Program-made: the position numbers and the translations under genes
Shown: positions 1-12,731 of the stretch, one piece after another
Layout of the letters: every line of letters starts with the position of its first letter
How positions within the stretch are numbered: position 1 is the first letter of the stretch
Source of the DNA: Macrostomum lignano
Taxonomy: Eukaryota
NCBI GenBank assembly: GCA_002269645.1
Contig: NIVC01000272.1
Coordinates: 376,716-440,715 of the forward strand
DNA length: 64,000 nucleotides
Reading direction: 5' to 3'
Notes under the pieces: model-generated
What the model was told of the DNA's origin: nothing
Databases searched by the model: none
What the model saw: only the letters and a program-made list of their open reading frames with translations

Positions 1-486
1 GTGAATCGGCTGTTTATATACCCTTGGTGTGGGCTCGGAAATCCATGGATTCTCTTCTTATTCTATAATATTCTAGAATTCGAATTCTAGAAGGGAAACC
101 CGCAGATTTTCTATTTATAGGCAGTATTTTCTATTAATGGTGTATTGGGGTTGCCAGAGCAGAAAGAAAAAGGAAAGCACGTGTGGAACGCATGGCATGG
201 GTTTTATTTTTAGAACTTACGTCTACACTCTACAAGGTACAACCTTGTAGTTGGCAACTACAACTGTCTTATTCTGTCTTATTCTTATTGTCTGATTCTG
301 TCAGGGATAATATGGATGGATTTGGGTGGATTATTTTCGAAGTTTTCGGAGCAAGTGCAGCCCTTTTTCTGATTCAGGGATAATATGGATGGATTTAAGA
401 GGATTATGTTCGAAGTTTTCGGAGCAAGTAGGACACCTGTTATGCTCTAGGACACCTGATATATCGAGGGAAATTCAAACGTAACA
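1..486 (-). repeat. LTR-like fragment with internal ~75-bp imperfect repeats
   Basis: Begins TGTTACG on the minus strand at 486; CTATAAATAG TATA-like motif at ~111-120. The unit gggataatatggatggattt...ttcgaagttttcggagcaagt occurs twice at ~290-430 and again at ~26065-26185. Confidence 0.4.
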
Positions 487-1377
487 ATTGTCAGCATAAG
501 CAGTGTTTGTGGGTACAATGTGTGTTGTAGTGGGTTAAGGTTAATGTTTTTGTGGTTAGATTATATAGCGTTGTAGCTGGCTTCAAAAATTTACTTTCGT
601 TTGGTCTAGTCTTATCGCTAGAGTATGCCGCCCTGCTGTGAGGCTGCATTAAACAAGGAGCATACCTGTGGGTGAAGGTGCCTCAAGGATGAGGCGGATT
701 CGTATCGCACCGATTCGCTACAACCCTAAGGCAGGGCTTCATTCCTTGTATTATCCTTTTTGTTCTCTTGCAGCTGGGCCCGCCTAGTACCTCAAGGGTC
801 CAGGTTGGGGCCTTCTGCTGCAGTCAACGCTATGAAAAAGTGAGGCCATTGTAGGTTGGCCGGTGAATGCGAGATTGTGGTTATCGGTTGCCGTTCCTTG
901 GGTTTGATTTCGAGGCCGTGATAATTCAAGGCGTTGATAAGATACGTGATTAATACGTCCGCTTGGAGTGATAGTGTGCTGGTGGGTCCACGAGGATGAA
1001 TTAGAGTGTTCGTCAATCGGCGTTCCCACACTATGACACGTAAACAAGAGAACGCAGACTTATCGTCGTAGAGGAAAAAGAGTGTGGTGTTGAATTTCAA
1101 GATAGAGTAATCAGAGAGTAACCAGCGTGGGTCTTTAGGATCTACCAGGATGCGTCGCGTAGTGAGGTGTGTTACAATTTTAGCAGGTATTTGTGGCATG
1201 TCAAGCATCTGTTGGTGAGTCCTATCTTACTTAACTGTCACTGGGTCGTCTACTTCAAGTAGGATTGTCTGCTCCTAAGCTACGATTTTCCCCTAAAATT
1301 TTCTAACTCACGTAATTTCTTAGAAATCTGTGATAGCGTGTAGTGCCTGAGCGGTAAGACACTGTCTAATTTCCTAA

Positions 1378-1929
1378 TTAAGTCATTACATGACCTAAAT
1401 ATTTTAACTCGCTGTAAAATAAATTGCACTTCTTAGCTCTTAATTTCAGTCCTACACTAATTGATCTCCGAAATACCTCTCTGAGGTGTTCTAAATGCTC
1501 TTCAAACTGCTTAGAATAGGTCACTATGTCATCTATGTATGAGATGGCATATTTATGCTGAATACCAGTCAATACTAGATTCATAAGCCTTTGAAAAGTA
1601 CCTGGGGCATTAGATAAGCCCTGAGCCATAACTTGGTACTCAAATTGACCTCTTGTTAACGTTGAGAATGCAGTTATAAACTTATCTTGCTCTTTTATCG
1701 GGACTTGCCAATAACCAGAATTCAGTTCAAGGCTGCTAAAATATTGACTGCCTGTCAAATGTGAAAATGTCTCTTGAATATTTGGCAGCGGATACGGAAA
1801 ATAATTCACTCGTGAATTAAGCACTCTAAAATCACTAACTATTCGAATAGTACCATCTTTCTTGGGTACAATTACTAAAGGTGTTGTGTAAGTCGAATAG
1901 CATGGCCTAATTAGATTTTTGGCTAACAT
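1378..1929 (-). pseudogene. pol: Ty3/Gypsy reverse transcriptase fragment
   Basis: PLVIVPKKDGTIRIVSDFRVLN, ELNSGYWQV, QGLSNAPGTFQ, YIDD, KCNLF..LKYLGH. It starts abruptly at an LTR end and is followed by stop codons. Confidence 0.95.
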
Positions 1930-2905
1930 TTAAGAGTTTGGTCGGGTGGTGATCAGTCACCCGAAAACTCCCACTTCCAGAAACTTAAGCCTGGGAACAA
2001 AATCAGTGATCACTTACTGTTGCGGGCTCCTCTTCTTTGTCGCGCGTGTCTGTAGAGATCGTCTCCGTAGAGCTGTTCCTCCCGGGGAAATACTGCAATT
2101 AAATCGACGTTGCAGTATTTCCTCGAGTGCCGAAATCATTGTATTCCTCAAGAGCAAATCAATATCAACGATACGCCCTAATAACAAAATCAACTTCTAT
2201 AACAGCACGAGTTCCTCAAAATAGGGCGTCTTCTTCTAGAACTAACGGAATCGGAGTCGTGTGCTCCTATCGGTTAATCTAGGATAACCAAAATCAATCA
2301 CTCAATAATTCTCTAAGGGTATCAGAATCGGTTTGCAGATCCTATCCAATCCCTTAGGAAAACGGTGGCCTCAAACTCAATAGTCTCAATAAAATCGACT
2401 GAACAGTAACGGCCGGCAATAACAATCGCTCTCAATAACCAAAATAACGAAGACTTGAACAAGCTTACCAATTGCTGTTTATCTCTTCCTCAGAGATATG
2501 GCCTCGTTTGGCTGCTCTTGCAAAGCTCAAGATCTTTGGAGGCTGCTCCGAGTCTGAGATTTCAGCTCGGATTTTGCGTTTGTATTTATACACAATTTGT
2601 CGGCCTTGAGCTCAAAACCGATTTTTTATGAGTTCACGAAAGGAATTTTATTGTTTGACAGGTGGGGTTTTTGAATAGAAATGGGTGAGACTTGGGTCAC
2701 ATTCAGGTTAAAATTTACCATATTTGGAAGTTCAAAAAATAGATGTCGAGGACCGGTTTTTCGGACAATAGCATAGTCACTCGCTGTTTGCGTGATATTA
2801 CTGGTAATACTATAAATAGAGTATGACACATAGCTATTTTTTAATTTGTGTTCATAATTTTATGTTACTACTTTTAGTAGGCTACTGTGTTTGGAGATCT
2901 CTACA
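1930..2905 (-). repeat. 3' LTR of RING-bearing Gypsy copy A
   Basis: Starts TGTAGAGATCTCC right after the PPT; ends ..AACTCTTAA (the copy at 35023 ends CTCTTCA). Homologous to 35023-36147. TATAAATACAA at ~2579-2589. Confidence 0.75.
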
Positions 2906-2919
2906 ATATCTCCTTTTTT
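2906..2919 (-). promoter_or_regulatory. Polypurine tract
   Basis: AAAAAAGGAGATAT immediately before TGTAG; the same motif occurs at 30526-30540 and 36148-36160. Confidence 0.75.
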
Positions 2920-3200
2920 ACGAAAAATTCGTCCCGAATTTTAATTGAAGTGAAATTCACGCAAAGTAACTTTACTTAAATTCAATTTAATTTAATTGAA
3001 GCGTTCAGAGGTACAGGCTTGTATTTATTTTAGGTATAGAACAATGAGAAGTGGCGACCGGATTATATAGTGGAGGCTAAATATTGTAGTTTACGTAACG
3101 AGCAAGAAGCAATAAGCCATACGGGCATAATAATTAGTGAATTAAGTACTGCCTATAATAGAAGTAGTTCATAATGTTGGGTGTATAACTAGTTCGTCAG

Positions 3201-3797
3201 TTAGGCGAAGATGTCGTTGATGGCCGATTTCAGCCGAATTATGAGCGCCGCGAGAGGTCCAAACAGGATCTGCAGTTGGGTATAGCTGGGTTCCTCTGTG
3301 CGATTGAGGATGGCGAGGTAGGCCTCCGTCTCGCTAGTAATCGTCGCATCCAGCGTTATCTTCCGGCTGATCCGCAGCAGATTCTCCCGGGCCTTTGCGT
3401 GGGCCATTGTGACGGGCCATGTTTTTATAGCCCGCGTCAATTCCGTCGTGGTCAGCCTCGGAATGCAGCCGGCGTATATCCATAGAGTAGGCTCGTAAGG
3501 TATTGTAGATGTGATGGCAAGGGTGGTCGATAGGAAATTCCAACCACATTGGATACAGTGGCCGATAGCGCGACAAGCGAGAAGTCGCAGGCAGTCATTC
3601 CAAGTCCAATGACCGTCCGGGCACCATTTTACGAGCGGTAGTTGGCCGCACAGGATGCACCATACCCTGTCCTGTCGACATATTGGGCAATGGTGGATTT
3701 CCTCCCTGGCGGCACAGTCCCGGCAGGCCATATGGCCCCAGGCGCAGGTGGAGACCATGGCGCGCGCCTGATCAAGACAAATGGGGCACTCAGACAT
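3201..3797 (-). CDS. Double-RING zinc-finger accessory protein (type R6), intact ORF, 198 aa
   Basis: CPIC..CAWGHMACRDC..CPICR, then CILC..CPDGHWTWNDC..CIQC, then the shared helical domain (IKTWP..EAYL..QLQ..P.A.L). Confidence 0.85.
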   Translation of the reverse strand: MSECPICLDQARAMVSTCAWGHMACRDCAAREEIHHCPICRQDRVWCILCGQLPLVKWCPDGHWTWNDCLRLLACRAIGHCIQCGWNFLSTTLAITSTIPYEPTLWIYAGCIPRLTTTELTRAIKTWPVTMAHAKARENLLRISRKITLDATITSETEAYLAILNRTEEPSYTQLQILFGPLAALIIRLKSAINDIFA

Positions 3798-4135
3798 GAT
3801 AGTAGAGGTAAAAAGGCAAAATATTAGAGTATGGAATACTAGGAATTATAGAAAGATGTGTGAGGGTGGAAGTTGTAAGTGAAATTCGCGTATATATATA
3901 TATATATATATATGGCTACGTATCGCGTTTTAATTGGTTCGTTGGCACTAAGCAATCTTTGAAGAAAAAAAATAACACGTTCCTTCGAGCGCCTTGCCGC
4001 ATTGGTATATAGGTTTCTTGGTTTATAGTATCGTTGGGGTAGTCGGATGGTATCTTAGAGGAAAACGTAAATAGAGGCATGAATTTTTTTTTATGAAACC
4101 ACGTTCTTAGCTAACTAAGATTGTACTGTGAATTG

Positions 4136-4728
4136 TTATGTTAGGTAGAATATGTCGCGTGTCAGTTCTCGTGTTTTTTGTGTGAGGCGTGCCATGGGCC
4201 AAATCATATGTTGTATTGCCACATATTCCGTGCATTCTGTCGCATAGAGGAAGTCAAGGTAGATTTCCTCGGTTGTGGTGTTGTCCGGGTGTATGACACA
4301 ATGGCGCATTAGGTCGAACAAATACTCTCTGTGTTGCTGACGGTTGAACGGTATCGGCCATGTTTTTATTGTCAGTGCTAGCGCCCGTGCGGTCATGTGG
4401 TCCATAGCTTCTTTAGTTAGCTGTATCGTCGGCAGGTCGTCTCGTGTTTGGTCCCAGAATTCCGTCGTGATGGGTGTCGCACAAGTGATGCAATTTGGAC
4501 TGTTGGTACGCCGGATATTGTTTGCACACTTTCGGCACACCCAATGTTGATTGTGGCATAGTTTTATTCGAGGTGTCGTGGCACATACTTGGCACCGGGT
4601 GGCTGGCGCTCGACATAACGGGCATTTATCGATCGCATCTGTCGTACAGCAGTGATAGCAAAATTGATGGCCGTTATGACAGTAAACGAATGGCTCGATG
4701 TCCTCTCGCAGCAGACGATACATTCCAT
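4136..4728 (-). pseudogene. Double-RING protein (type R4), 1-nt frameshift near the start
   Basis: The start ATG GAA TGT ATC GTC TGC TGC matches MECIVCC of the copy at 32942, and one missing base shifts the frame. CHNGHQFCYHC, CPLCR, CQVC, CHNQHWVCRKC, WPIP, EEIY and QHMIWP are present. Confidence 0.85.
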
Positions 4729-4753
4729 AACTGCAATATTAGGAGCATTATAA

Positions 4754-5449
4754 TTATATCGCCCTATAAGATATAATTATAATTATATCTTCATCGTACA
4801 TATCGCCCTGCCAATTTGTCAATTCACTGTGCTTTAATAACATAGTTAGATCCGCATGTCGCTTAATAAGTATGGGGAGTATAGCGCAATGAAATGGGAG
4901 GCATGGTAATTCGCATGTTGATAGGTATCGTAAAAGACGTTGCTGAATACGTTGTAACGGGAAGAGTATTAGTTGGTGTCTATTATGATGTGCGTACATA
5001 ACGAGGTGCACATATGCGGAGCGAGAGTTTCTAGGAAATGGCCAATCGTCTAGTCGGCGAATAACATCTATTGGAGCGAGTTAGTACGCAATGGTTTCAG
5101 ACAATTGAACCGTTTGTACCGGTTGTATACGTAGGGGTTGATCGCGCATTTGTACTAAGGGAAAGGCATCGCATCTAGGGCACATAAGCAGTTTTCGAGC
5201 GGCTAGTTTCTTGGTACACTGCATGCATAGAAAATGTTCATTTGTACAGAACTTTCGGGTGCGCCATGATAAACAAATCATACATTGTCGTAGAGCGCCA
5301 CGACACATGGGGCAGGCTTGCCAGGGTTGGATATGGTGAGCATCACTTAAGCAGGATCCGCATACGTGGTGGTTATTTACACATATACACGGATGTTTCT
5401 TGGTGAGAGCATCGTCTAGACAGACAGGGCATTCGAATGTGTTAGCTAT
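4754..5449 (-). pseudogene. Double-RING protein (type R1), decayed
   Basis: Homologous to intact 37909-38577; ATG changed to ATA, internal stop at 5081. Confidence 0.85.
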
Positions 5450-5556
5450 TGTTGCGTTTCAAGTTGCTATGGAATATCTGTTGAGTCGCCTCTTACGACA
5501 AGCACAGATAAGCTGTGGACTTATTCTTTCCCGAGTTCCACACGGGTGTGAGTGAG

Positions 5557-7249
5557 TTAGCGGGGTCTAAGGTTATAGGGGTGGTTAGTTGGGGAAGTGT
5601 CCGTAGTTTGTGTTTCAGCGTGAGAAGTAGCAATATGTTTGGACGGTGTTTTTGTGTGTTTTTTTGTTGTTTAAGTTCGGTAGGAACGTAGAGTCTGTGT
5701 TGATGCGTTTCAGTCGATGAATGTGCACGTAGAACTGCGGTTGATGTGGATCTTGGACATTGGCCAGTTTGGCTGTGGTTGCCGAAGTCAATGCTGATAC
5801 ACGAAATGGTCCTTTGTACTTTTGTGCGTGTTTATGCGTCTGTTGGGCTGGATAGTGCAAGTAGACCATATCTCCAACCTGTAGAGTAGATGCGTTGTTG
5901 GTTTTCGTTGCTGTTGCCGTCTGGTTGTCAAGATTGTGTTTGGCAATTTGCCAAGCCAGGTGTAGTCGCGTTGCAAAGGTCTGGAGTGTCGACGGTGTTT
6001 CCACGTACTGAGATGGTAGTAATTGTTTTGCTAGTAGGCTGGGCGGTTGAAAATCTCGAGCGAAAATTAATAAAAATGGCGTATTGTCCGTTTACCGATG
6101 TCCCGCGCTGTTGTATGCCATTGTTACCGCTTGCAAGTAGATGATCCAATCTTCTGGTTGCTTGTAGACATAGTGAGTCAGCATTTCATGTAAATTGCGG
6201 TGATATTTTTCTTCTAGGTTTGCCTTGTGATTGTAGGTGGCCGTAAAGATTTGTTGTATGTTGAGCAGTTTTGCAGCCTGTTGAAATAGTTGTGAAGTGA
6301 ACTGCGTTCCGTTGTCGGTGGTTAGAGTCTTGGGCGTTCCATACTTGCAGACAATCTCGTTGTAGAATGCCATAGCTACAGTTTCGGCGGTTATGTTCGG
6401 CAGTGGAATTGCTAGAGCAAATTTCGAGAAGACGTCGAGAGCGGTGAGGATGTATGTATAGTTGATCGAGTGTTGTCGTGCGGCAGGTAGTGGTCCTGTA
6501 ATGTCGAGGGAGACTGTGTCCCATGTCGTTGTTTTAGGTACCGTTTGTAATTGTGGCTTTTGGCGTCGTCCTGTTTTGGCGGCTGCGAATGAGTGGCATT
6601 CGTAGCAATATTTGCTGATGTCTTTGGTCATTGTCGGCCAAAAGTAGAATTTTGCCACTCGTTCGATTGTCTTCTTAGCGGAAAGGTGTCCGGCTAATGG
6701 CATGTCGTGCAATTCTTGCAAGATAGCGGCTCGAAACAAATATGGCAGATAGAGTCGCGGAATATTGTCACAGATCCAATAAAGGATTGCTTCTTTGAAG
6801 ATTAGATTGTCGCTCTGTTTTTTAAGGAATTTTCTTTCTTGTTTTGTTAATTTTGCGTACGTGGCGTCGTCGTTGTTTTGTGCGGCTTTGTAGAAGTTGT
6901 CGTCTTGCTGTGCCGTAATCAGTTCTTGCATTTTCGGAATCGGATGGATAGCGTTGACTTCGTAGGCTCTGGAGAGCGCGTCTGCTGCTTTATTAAGAGG
7001 TCCTGGTTTATAGACTAGTTAAAAGTTGTAATTCTGAATTTAGAGTGTCATTCGGATGTGGCGGTTGTTAGTCTGTCTTTTCGTCTTGACAACGTGTGTC
7101 AGCGGTTCATGATCGGTCCTGACGATTGTCGGTAATGGAGAACCATAGATGTAGTAGTGAAACTGTCGTAGTGCGAACAGGACTCCAAGTAATTCTCTTT
7201 CTGTGGTGGACCATATGGTTTCATTTGGTCGTAGAGCTCGACTGATGTA
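5557..7249 (-). pseudogene. pol: Gypsy pol RNase H-integrase, copy A
   Basis: HDMPLAGH..C..C zinc finger, SLDITGPL, TTDNGTQF, KGPFRV, ends YNLRPR. Frameshifted and cut in RNase H by the element at 7250. Confidence 0.95.
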
Positions 7250-7265
7250 AGTAGTAATAGGAAAT

Positions 7266-7520
7266 TACACACAACCCCGAATTTTACATTATAGAACAAA
7301 TAGGAAGGTATCCGTCAAAATTTTCCTTACACACAACCCCGAATTTTGCATTATAGAACAAATAGGAAGGTATCCGTCATAAATTTCATTACACACAACC
7401 CAGATTTTTACATTACAAAACAAATAGGACAGTATCTGTCAGAAAATTTATTGAACACACAGCCCGATATGTTTTAAATAGAAAACAAGTAGGACGCTAT
7501 CCGTCTGTTTTCATTACACA
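7266..7520 (+). repeat. Subterminal ~61-bp tandem repeat (about 4 copies on the left, about 2 on the right at ~23100-23240)
   Basis: Unit ttacacacaaccccgaattttacattatagaacaaataggaaggtatccgtca... is repeated. Confidence 0.9.
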
Positions 7521-7970
7521 TAATCTGTTTTGCAGTAGCCACATTCACTGTATACACACTTGCTGTTTAGAATTCTCGCTCATTCTCTCTAGTTATATCT
7601 TACACTCCGTGCTACCCATCTTCTACACACATCCCTCTCAGTCTAAATTGCCAAGAAAAAATCATATCAACAATTTGTGTGTACAGCCGACTGTACAATG
7701 CCCGAGCCCGCGAAGAGTCTTTCAAGGCACACACCCCCTCTCGCCCAAAAAGAGACCCTATGTACGTTGAAGTTGTACGGTGCTCTCCCCGCACGAAGAG
7801 AGGAACGACCCTCCCTCCCCCCAACCCACAGTGGCGCATAGGAATCAAAATAACCCACCCTTCGATTCGCGCAATGAGAAGCGTGCGCTAGCCAGCCTTA
7901 AAAGCGAAGTCTACTGCAACCGGTTTAGTTTAAGATAGCGAAGCCAAGTCAGTGCTCCGAATTCAACCCA

Positions 7971-8522
7971 GTGGCAAGAAATCTACTTGTAAACACTATG
8001 TCAAGTCAAATGCAGAAAATAGCCATTATATTAAATCGACAGTCTGAAGCACTGCAAAAGAATACTGAAGCTTTCGAAAAACTCCAAGAATCAGTGAGAC
8101 AATTAGCCCAAGCTTCAAAAAACACACTCGAAACGCTAGAAGCAGAGCATCGTTCCTCGCAAATCCAAGTCTACAACAGTTCGGCTGCAATCGCCTCAAT
8201 TAGCGAAGTTTTTCAACGAATATCGAAAGTGTCCAACGCGCAAAGCGCCAGCTTTGGTTTTCTCGCGCTAATTCTTGTGCTCCTGTTGGCTAGCACTGCC
8301 GTATACTGTCTCTGCAAACGCGGCTACAAGCAAAAGTTGATGCGCACTATTTCGCGTCCGCATCATGACAATACTCAAGCCACACAAACGATCCCAAGGG
8401 CCAACACCGAAATATCCGTTTGGTGCACACCGATTCGCTCTCCTACTGTTCGATTCTCGACACCCCGCTCGTCGTCTCTACCAACGTTTCCACAGGGCTC
8501 TGATGTCGGTCTAATCGTGTAA
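7971..8522 (+). CDS. Coiled-coil plus single-TM hypothetical protein, 183 aa
   Basis: Heptad-rich N-half, hydrophobic FGFLALILVLLLASTAVYCLC followed by KRGYKQK; the same protein is at 22102-22653. Confidence 0.6.
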   Translation: MARNLLVNTMSSQMQKIAIILNRQSEALQKNTEAFEKLQESVRQLAQASKNTLETLEAEHRSSQIQVYNSSAAIASISEVFQRISKVSNAQSASFGFLALILVLLLASTAVYCLCKRGYKQKLMRTISRPHHDNTQATQTIPRANTEISVWCTPIRSPTVRFSTPRSSSLPTFPQGSDVGLIV

Positions 8523-10750
8523 TCGCAGAGCAGTACGATGGGCTTATTTTTTTAACTATAACGACCCGATTTTTACTGTTCTAACAGTGGCTAGCGTAGC
8601 AGTTCCAATCATAACAAATATATTTCTCATGTTTAACCGTGGCCTGCTTAATAATCTATAATTTTTATTGACTGCAATGACGCAATACGCTTCAACAGGT
8701 GGTAATATTTTGTAATGCTTTCTCTAGCCTACGAATTAAGCACAACGACCAATATTTTCAGTATTGTTATATGAAGAAACCCGTGCAGCTTATATATAAT
8801 TCACTTATTTAGTTTACCGTGTTTTATACGATTAAAACCATGCAGCTTATAATTGACATTTTTTAATTTCACCAACACGTAAATTATTATTGGTTGCGTA
8901 TAGCAAACCGATAACAAGGTTCTCGACAATTTTTACCTCAATTTCGTTGGAAGAATTTTCTCAAGTTAAAGAAAGGAGATTGCAAGCATTTTCATTAGAA
9001 CGACATGTTTCGCCTAACTTTAGGCATCATCGGGCAGATTGGAATTTATTTTATTTAAGTCAAAACGTAGAGTATAAATACATTTTAGTGGCAGATAGTC
9101 CAATCTGCCAATCTGAAGTTAACTCCGAGTGAACGTTTACTTTGAAATAAACGACGAACTAGTTTGTTGTATATTTGCACCACACAAGTTTTTTTTCACT
9201 AAATCATCGAAAAAAGGATTCCTGTGTTAGAAGAATAGTTGTCTTCACGTGCCTTCAGGATGCCGAGCAACAAGCCACTCTGCCCGGTCCGGTATAGCTG
9301 GCGCGTACGGCCCACGAATTGTCTCCGAATTTGAGCTGCTCTGAGCAGCCGAATCTGAGAAGTTGGTTCAAAGATAAAGCGCAGATTTAGCGGCATAATG
9401 GGAATTAAGATGCTAGACAGAGGCTTTACTCACCACTCTCTCCAGTAGACGCGCTCGCTCGCCTTGTCGGTTTTTCAGCAATTTGTGTGAGACAGGAGGA
9501 ATTTAAGGAATCGCCAGTTTGGCCTTGTTTAAGTTGCCTAGGATGATAATATTTATTTTTCATCAAGATTGTAGGAAACAAGATTGGAACTAAAAAAACA
9601 CCTTCTCTTCAACTATCTGCAAGGTATGATTTTGTTGGCATATACGAATTCCGCCACTAATTACACGCAGCTGACTACGTACATGAAAATGTAATACATA
9701 AGAAATAGAGTCAATGAATGCATATACATGTAAAACTGTTACTATGAAAGGTCCCAAAACTCCGTCTCGCTAATGACGGCACCGTTCCTCTTCACGATTA
9801 TGTTGTATCTGGCGTCCCTCAACACCTCGATCGCTACGTTCAGATCATTTTCACACATAACGCGGAATGTTGGCGAGCGGTAACCGGGAGGCAGTCGGTA
9901 CCCAGGGGGTGGATGGTTGAATACCCCGTTTTTGAAGGCTGCAAGGTTCGATTGAAGAGTTGTTAACCACTACTCAATTAAGTTTATGCAAAATATAAAT
10001 TTTTACCGCTTACCTTCTTTGATGTACCGCTCGATAAGTTCCTTACGTCTTGATTCCTTGTCCATCGCGACGATTCAACAGCCCGTAGTAAAAGTAAGTT
10101 GTCAATGAGCTCGATCGAATGAAGGACAGACTTGTAGACCTTGGAGTTTTTATTAACATATATACCATATATACATGGCTCTCTCATTAAGGAGAAACAC
10201 CCAGCTAATTATGCAGGCAATCAACCACATTATTTATGTTCACTTGATGCCTGACTTAATTAAAGGTTCTTACGAAAAACGAATTGATTGCATAAAGAAT
10301 GATTCCATAAATTGGCTTCCATAAATTAGGATTAATTACAGGTTCTCATGAGCAGTGATAAACAAAAGCATTGGTTTAATTAAAACAACTTTTCTGAAGT
10401 TAAGCAGCTTATGTAGATTTGGACGCATGCAACCGAGCGAATCTGATGGTCGCTCTTAGATTCTGCTGTTGTTGCCATGGTGTTACCATGGTATCCGTCC
10501 AGTCAATTAACTTAGCTTCCGGTGATATTGACACTTTCAACGCCGCCTATATGCAGGTGGTGACCGCATGATTCCCAGAGCTGTTTCAATCAGACTACTG
10601 ATGAGGTGGGAATGCAGTCCCACCCCAACAAAATTTTCTATAAAAGAAAGCAGATTTTTTAGTCGAAAACCCAGGGAGCAAGAACTACTGGACCGACCTC
10701 GAGACGACGACCTGTCGACCTCGGAACAGCAATGACAACGTTTCTCTCTG

Positions 10751-11886
10751 ATGCGGTTCTCACACAAGAAGATAGATCTGACGAACGGAGCAAGAATCCA
10801 TATTGGTGACGAGACAACCAACGGTGAATGTTTTTTTCGATCGGTGTCTTGGTCGCGACCAGGAGAGAAAAGACGCTACCCGGTGGTCCTTCAGACGAAG
10901 GACCAGATCGAACTGCTGAAGGGTCTTCATGAGAGGGGCAGCGTGTCGGATCATTCAACCTCACCCAACGCCGAACCTCGAGACGAAGTCGCCCTGCCTA
11001 TTTTCGCAGAAGATTTTTGCAAAACTCTGTTCGACCTTTTGAGGTAGATTGCGTTTTTGTTAAATGTCTATGTACTGTAATATATACTTTTGCCATTTAA
11101 AAAAGTTGCCAAACTATTTTCTGCTGCAGATCGGTGGAGCGCATAATCGAGATTGAGCTGGAGGCCAAGTCAGTCTGCAAGATACTGTTTCGCGCAACGA
11201 AACAGCCATGTCGCCACGCGACGGAAGGGTCTTCTGCAGACTACAACCCGGTGCAGTGGGTACCGCTTAAGGCCGCGTACGCTTGCCTCGGCTTTCGAAT
11301 GAACGACCCTGCGCATCCGGACGGTGTGGAAGCCGCGCCGAGCGAATTTAAGGGGGTCTCAGGCCGTTACCACCTATCCATTCAGGCGACGTCCCTGTTT
11401 CGACCGCGGATTGCGACCGGCTGGAAGCTCTCCTTCGCTTTACGATCTATCGTACTAATGGACAGGAACCCAAGCAACCTAAATCTGTTTGCTGGACTCC
11501 GCCGACAGCTAGCCAAGAATCCGACCAAGCTAAAGCGCAAACTATCCACTGGGTCGGGAGAAGAGGAAGAGCAACCTGGGAAGAAGAAGTCCCAGACTTC
11601 GTTGGGGAGACAGCAAGCCAAGAAACCAGCTGCACCCCGTCGCTCTTCTGGCACTAAGAAGCAACAACAAAAGAAGGAGCATGAGCAGCACGACAGGTTG
11701 GACGCGGCTGAGCCGGTCCCTCCGGTCAAGGTTCTGGTGAGCCCTCCGCAAACCACTGCTGCTTCTTCTTCGGGCTTAGTTGACGGAAACCGGGTACCGT
11801 CAAAGGACCTAGCCTATCAGCGCTACCTGGCTGCAAACGCCGCGGAGCACTCATCTAGTGAATCGGGCGAGTCGGAGGCTGAATGA
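10751..11886 (+). CDS. Two-exon protein, putative OB-fold ssDNA-binding protein
   Basis: A GT..AG intron at 11044-11129 (AG|gtagat..ttttctgctgcag|A) joins ORFs 10751 and 11134 in frame. Beta-rich core, basic linker and acidic tail (SSSESGESEAE). The function is inferred. Confidence 0.5.
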
Positions 11887-12147
11887 TTAGAAACGTTTAA
11901 AATTTAAAATTGATTTACAAATGATTTCGATATATACCCGATTCTAAACTCGATAATATATTATAATACTAATTCCACAGACCAAATCAGAGTTAAAAAA
12001 TATTTTAAAAGTCGCACTAATTAATTTTGTTGTATCAGTTTTTTCTTGGTTTCAATAGTAAAAAAATGCATTAACCACCTGGCTTCCGCCAAGAGCACAT
12101 CTATATCGGCGGCGTACTATTGTTTTGTGCCTTTTTTCCTTCTTTCA

Positions 12148-12690
12148 GCGAGTGGTGCTACTTATTTTTTCTGCAAGTCTGAAACTTTTTACTGGAGAAA
12201 AACTGAGCATGGAAGACATTGCGGCGGTGCTAGCGCTTAAAGCTTGCCCATGCAAAGTCTTTAATGCAAAGCCTACAATGTGCAAATTCAAATTTGCACA
12301 ATCGAAAATTCAGATATATCCTAACGGAAAGCTGACTATTTTTTGTAGTAGCATGAATACAGACATTAATTTAATTCTGCAATTTGTTAACGAACTTACG
12401 ACTTACAAGGTAGATTTTGATTCTGTTCATGTTCAAAGCTCTACGTTGGTTGGCCAAGTCGAGTTTCCCGGTCAAAACATCTTTCACTATTCAAAAATGG
12501 GTGTTGGAAAGTATAAAGACTTTAGCGTTAGCTACGATGCAGAAGTGTTTCCGCAGGCCATCAGTTTGAGACATTCGACAATCCCAAGACTATTCTGTAA
12601 TATTTTTTGCACAGCAAAAATTGTTGCAATGGGAGCAACGAACCGTACGGAAGCAAATGTTATAATTAGTTGCGTGAAAACATTTTTGAA
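12148..12690 (+). CDS. TATA-binding-protein-like domain (ORF reads on to 13123, overlapping dNK)
   Basis: KIQIYPNGKLTIF resembles TALIFSSGKMVCT; VQSSTLVGQVEFP resembles IQNMVGSCDVKFP; SYDAEVFP resembles SYEPELFP; IFCTAKIVAMGATNRTE resembles IFVSGKVVLTGAKVRAE. ATG at 12209; acceptor-like ttctttcag before 12148. Confidence 0.8.
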
Positions 12691-12731
12691 CACAGTGTTT
12701 CAAACCGCAAAATTTGCAAATTATTCCAGCC

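Larger units (their letters stand above)
7250..11753 (+). repeat. Left arm of the long inverted repeat
   Basis: 7250-8728 is the reverse complement of 21894-23250; 10014-11753 is the reverse complement of 20150-21888; 8729-10013 is absent from the right arm. Confidence 0.95.

Noticed and set aside
784-1208. Two overlapping minus-strand ORFs downstream of the RT fragment
   Set aside because: No recognisable motif; probably decayed retroelement sequence.
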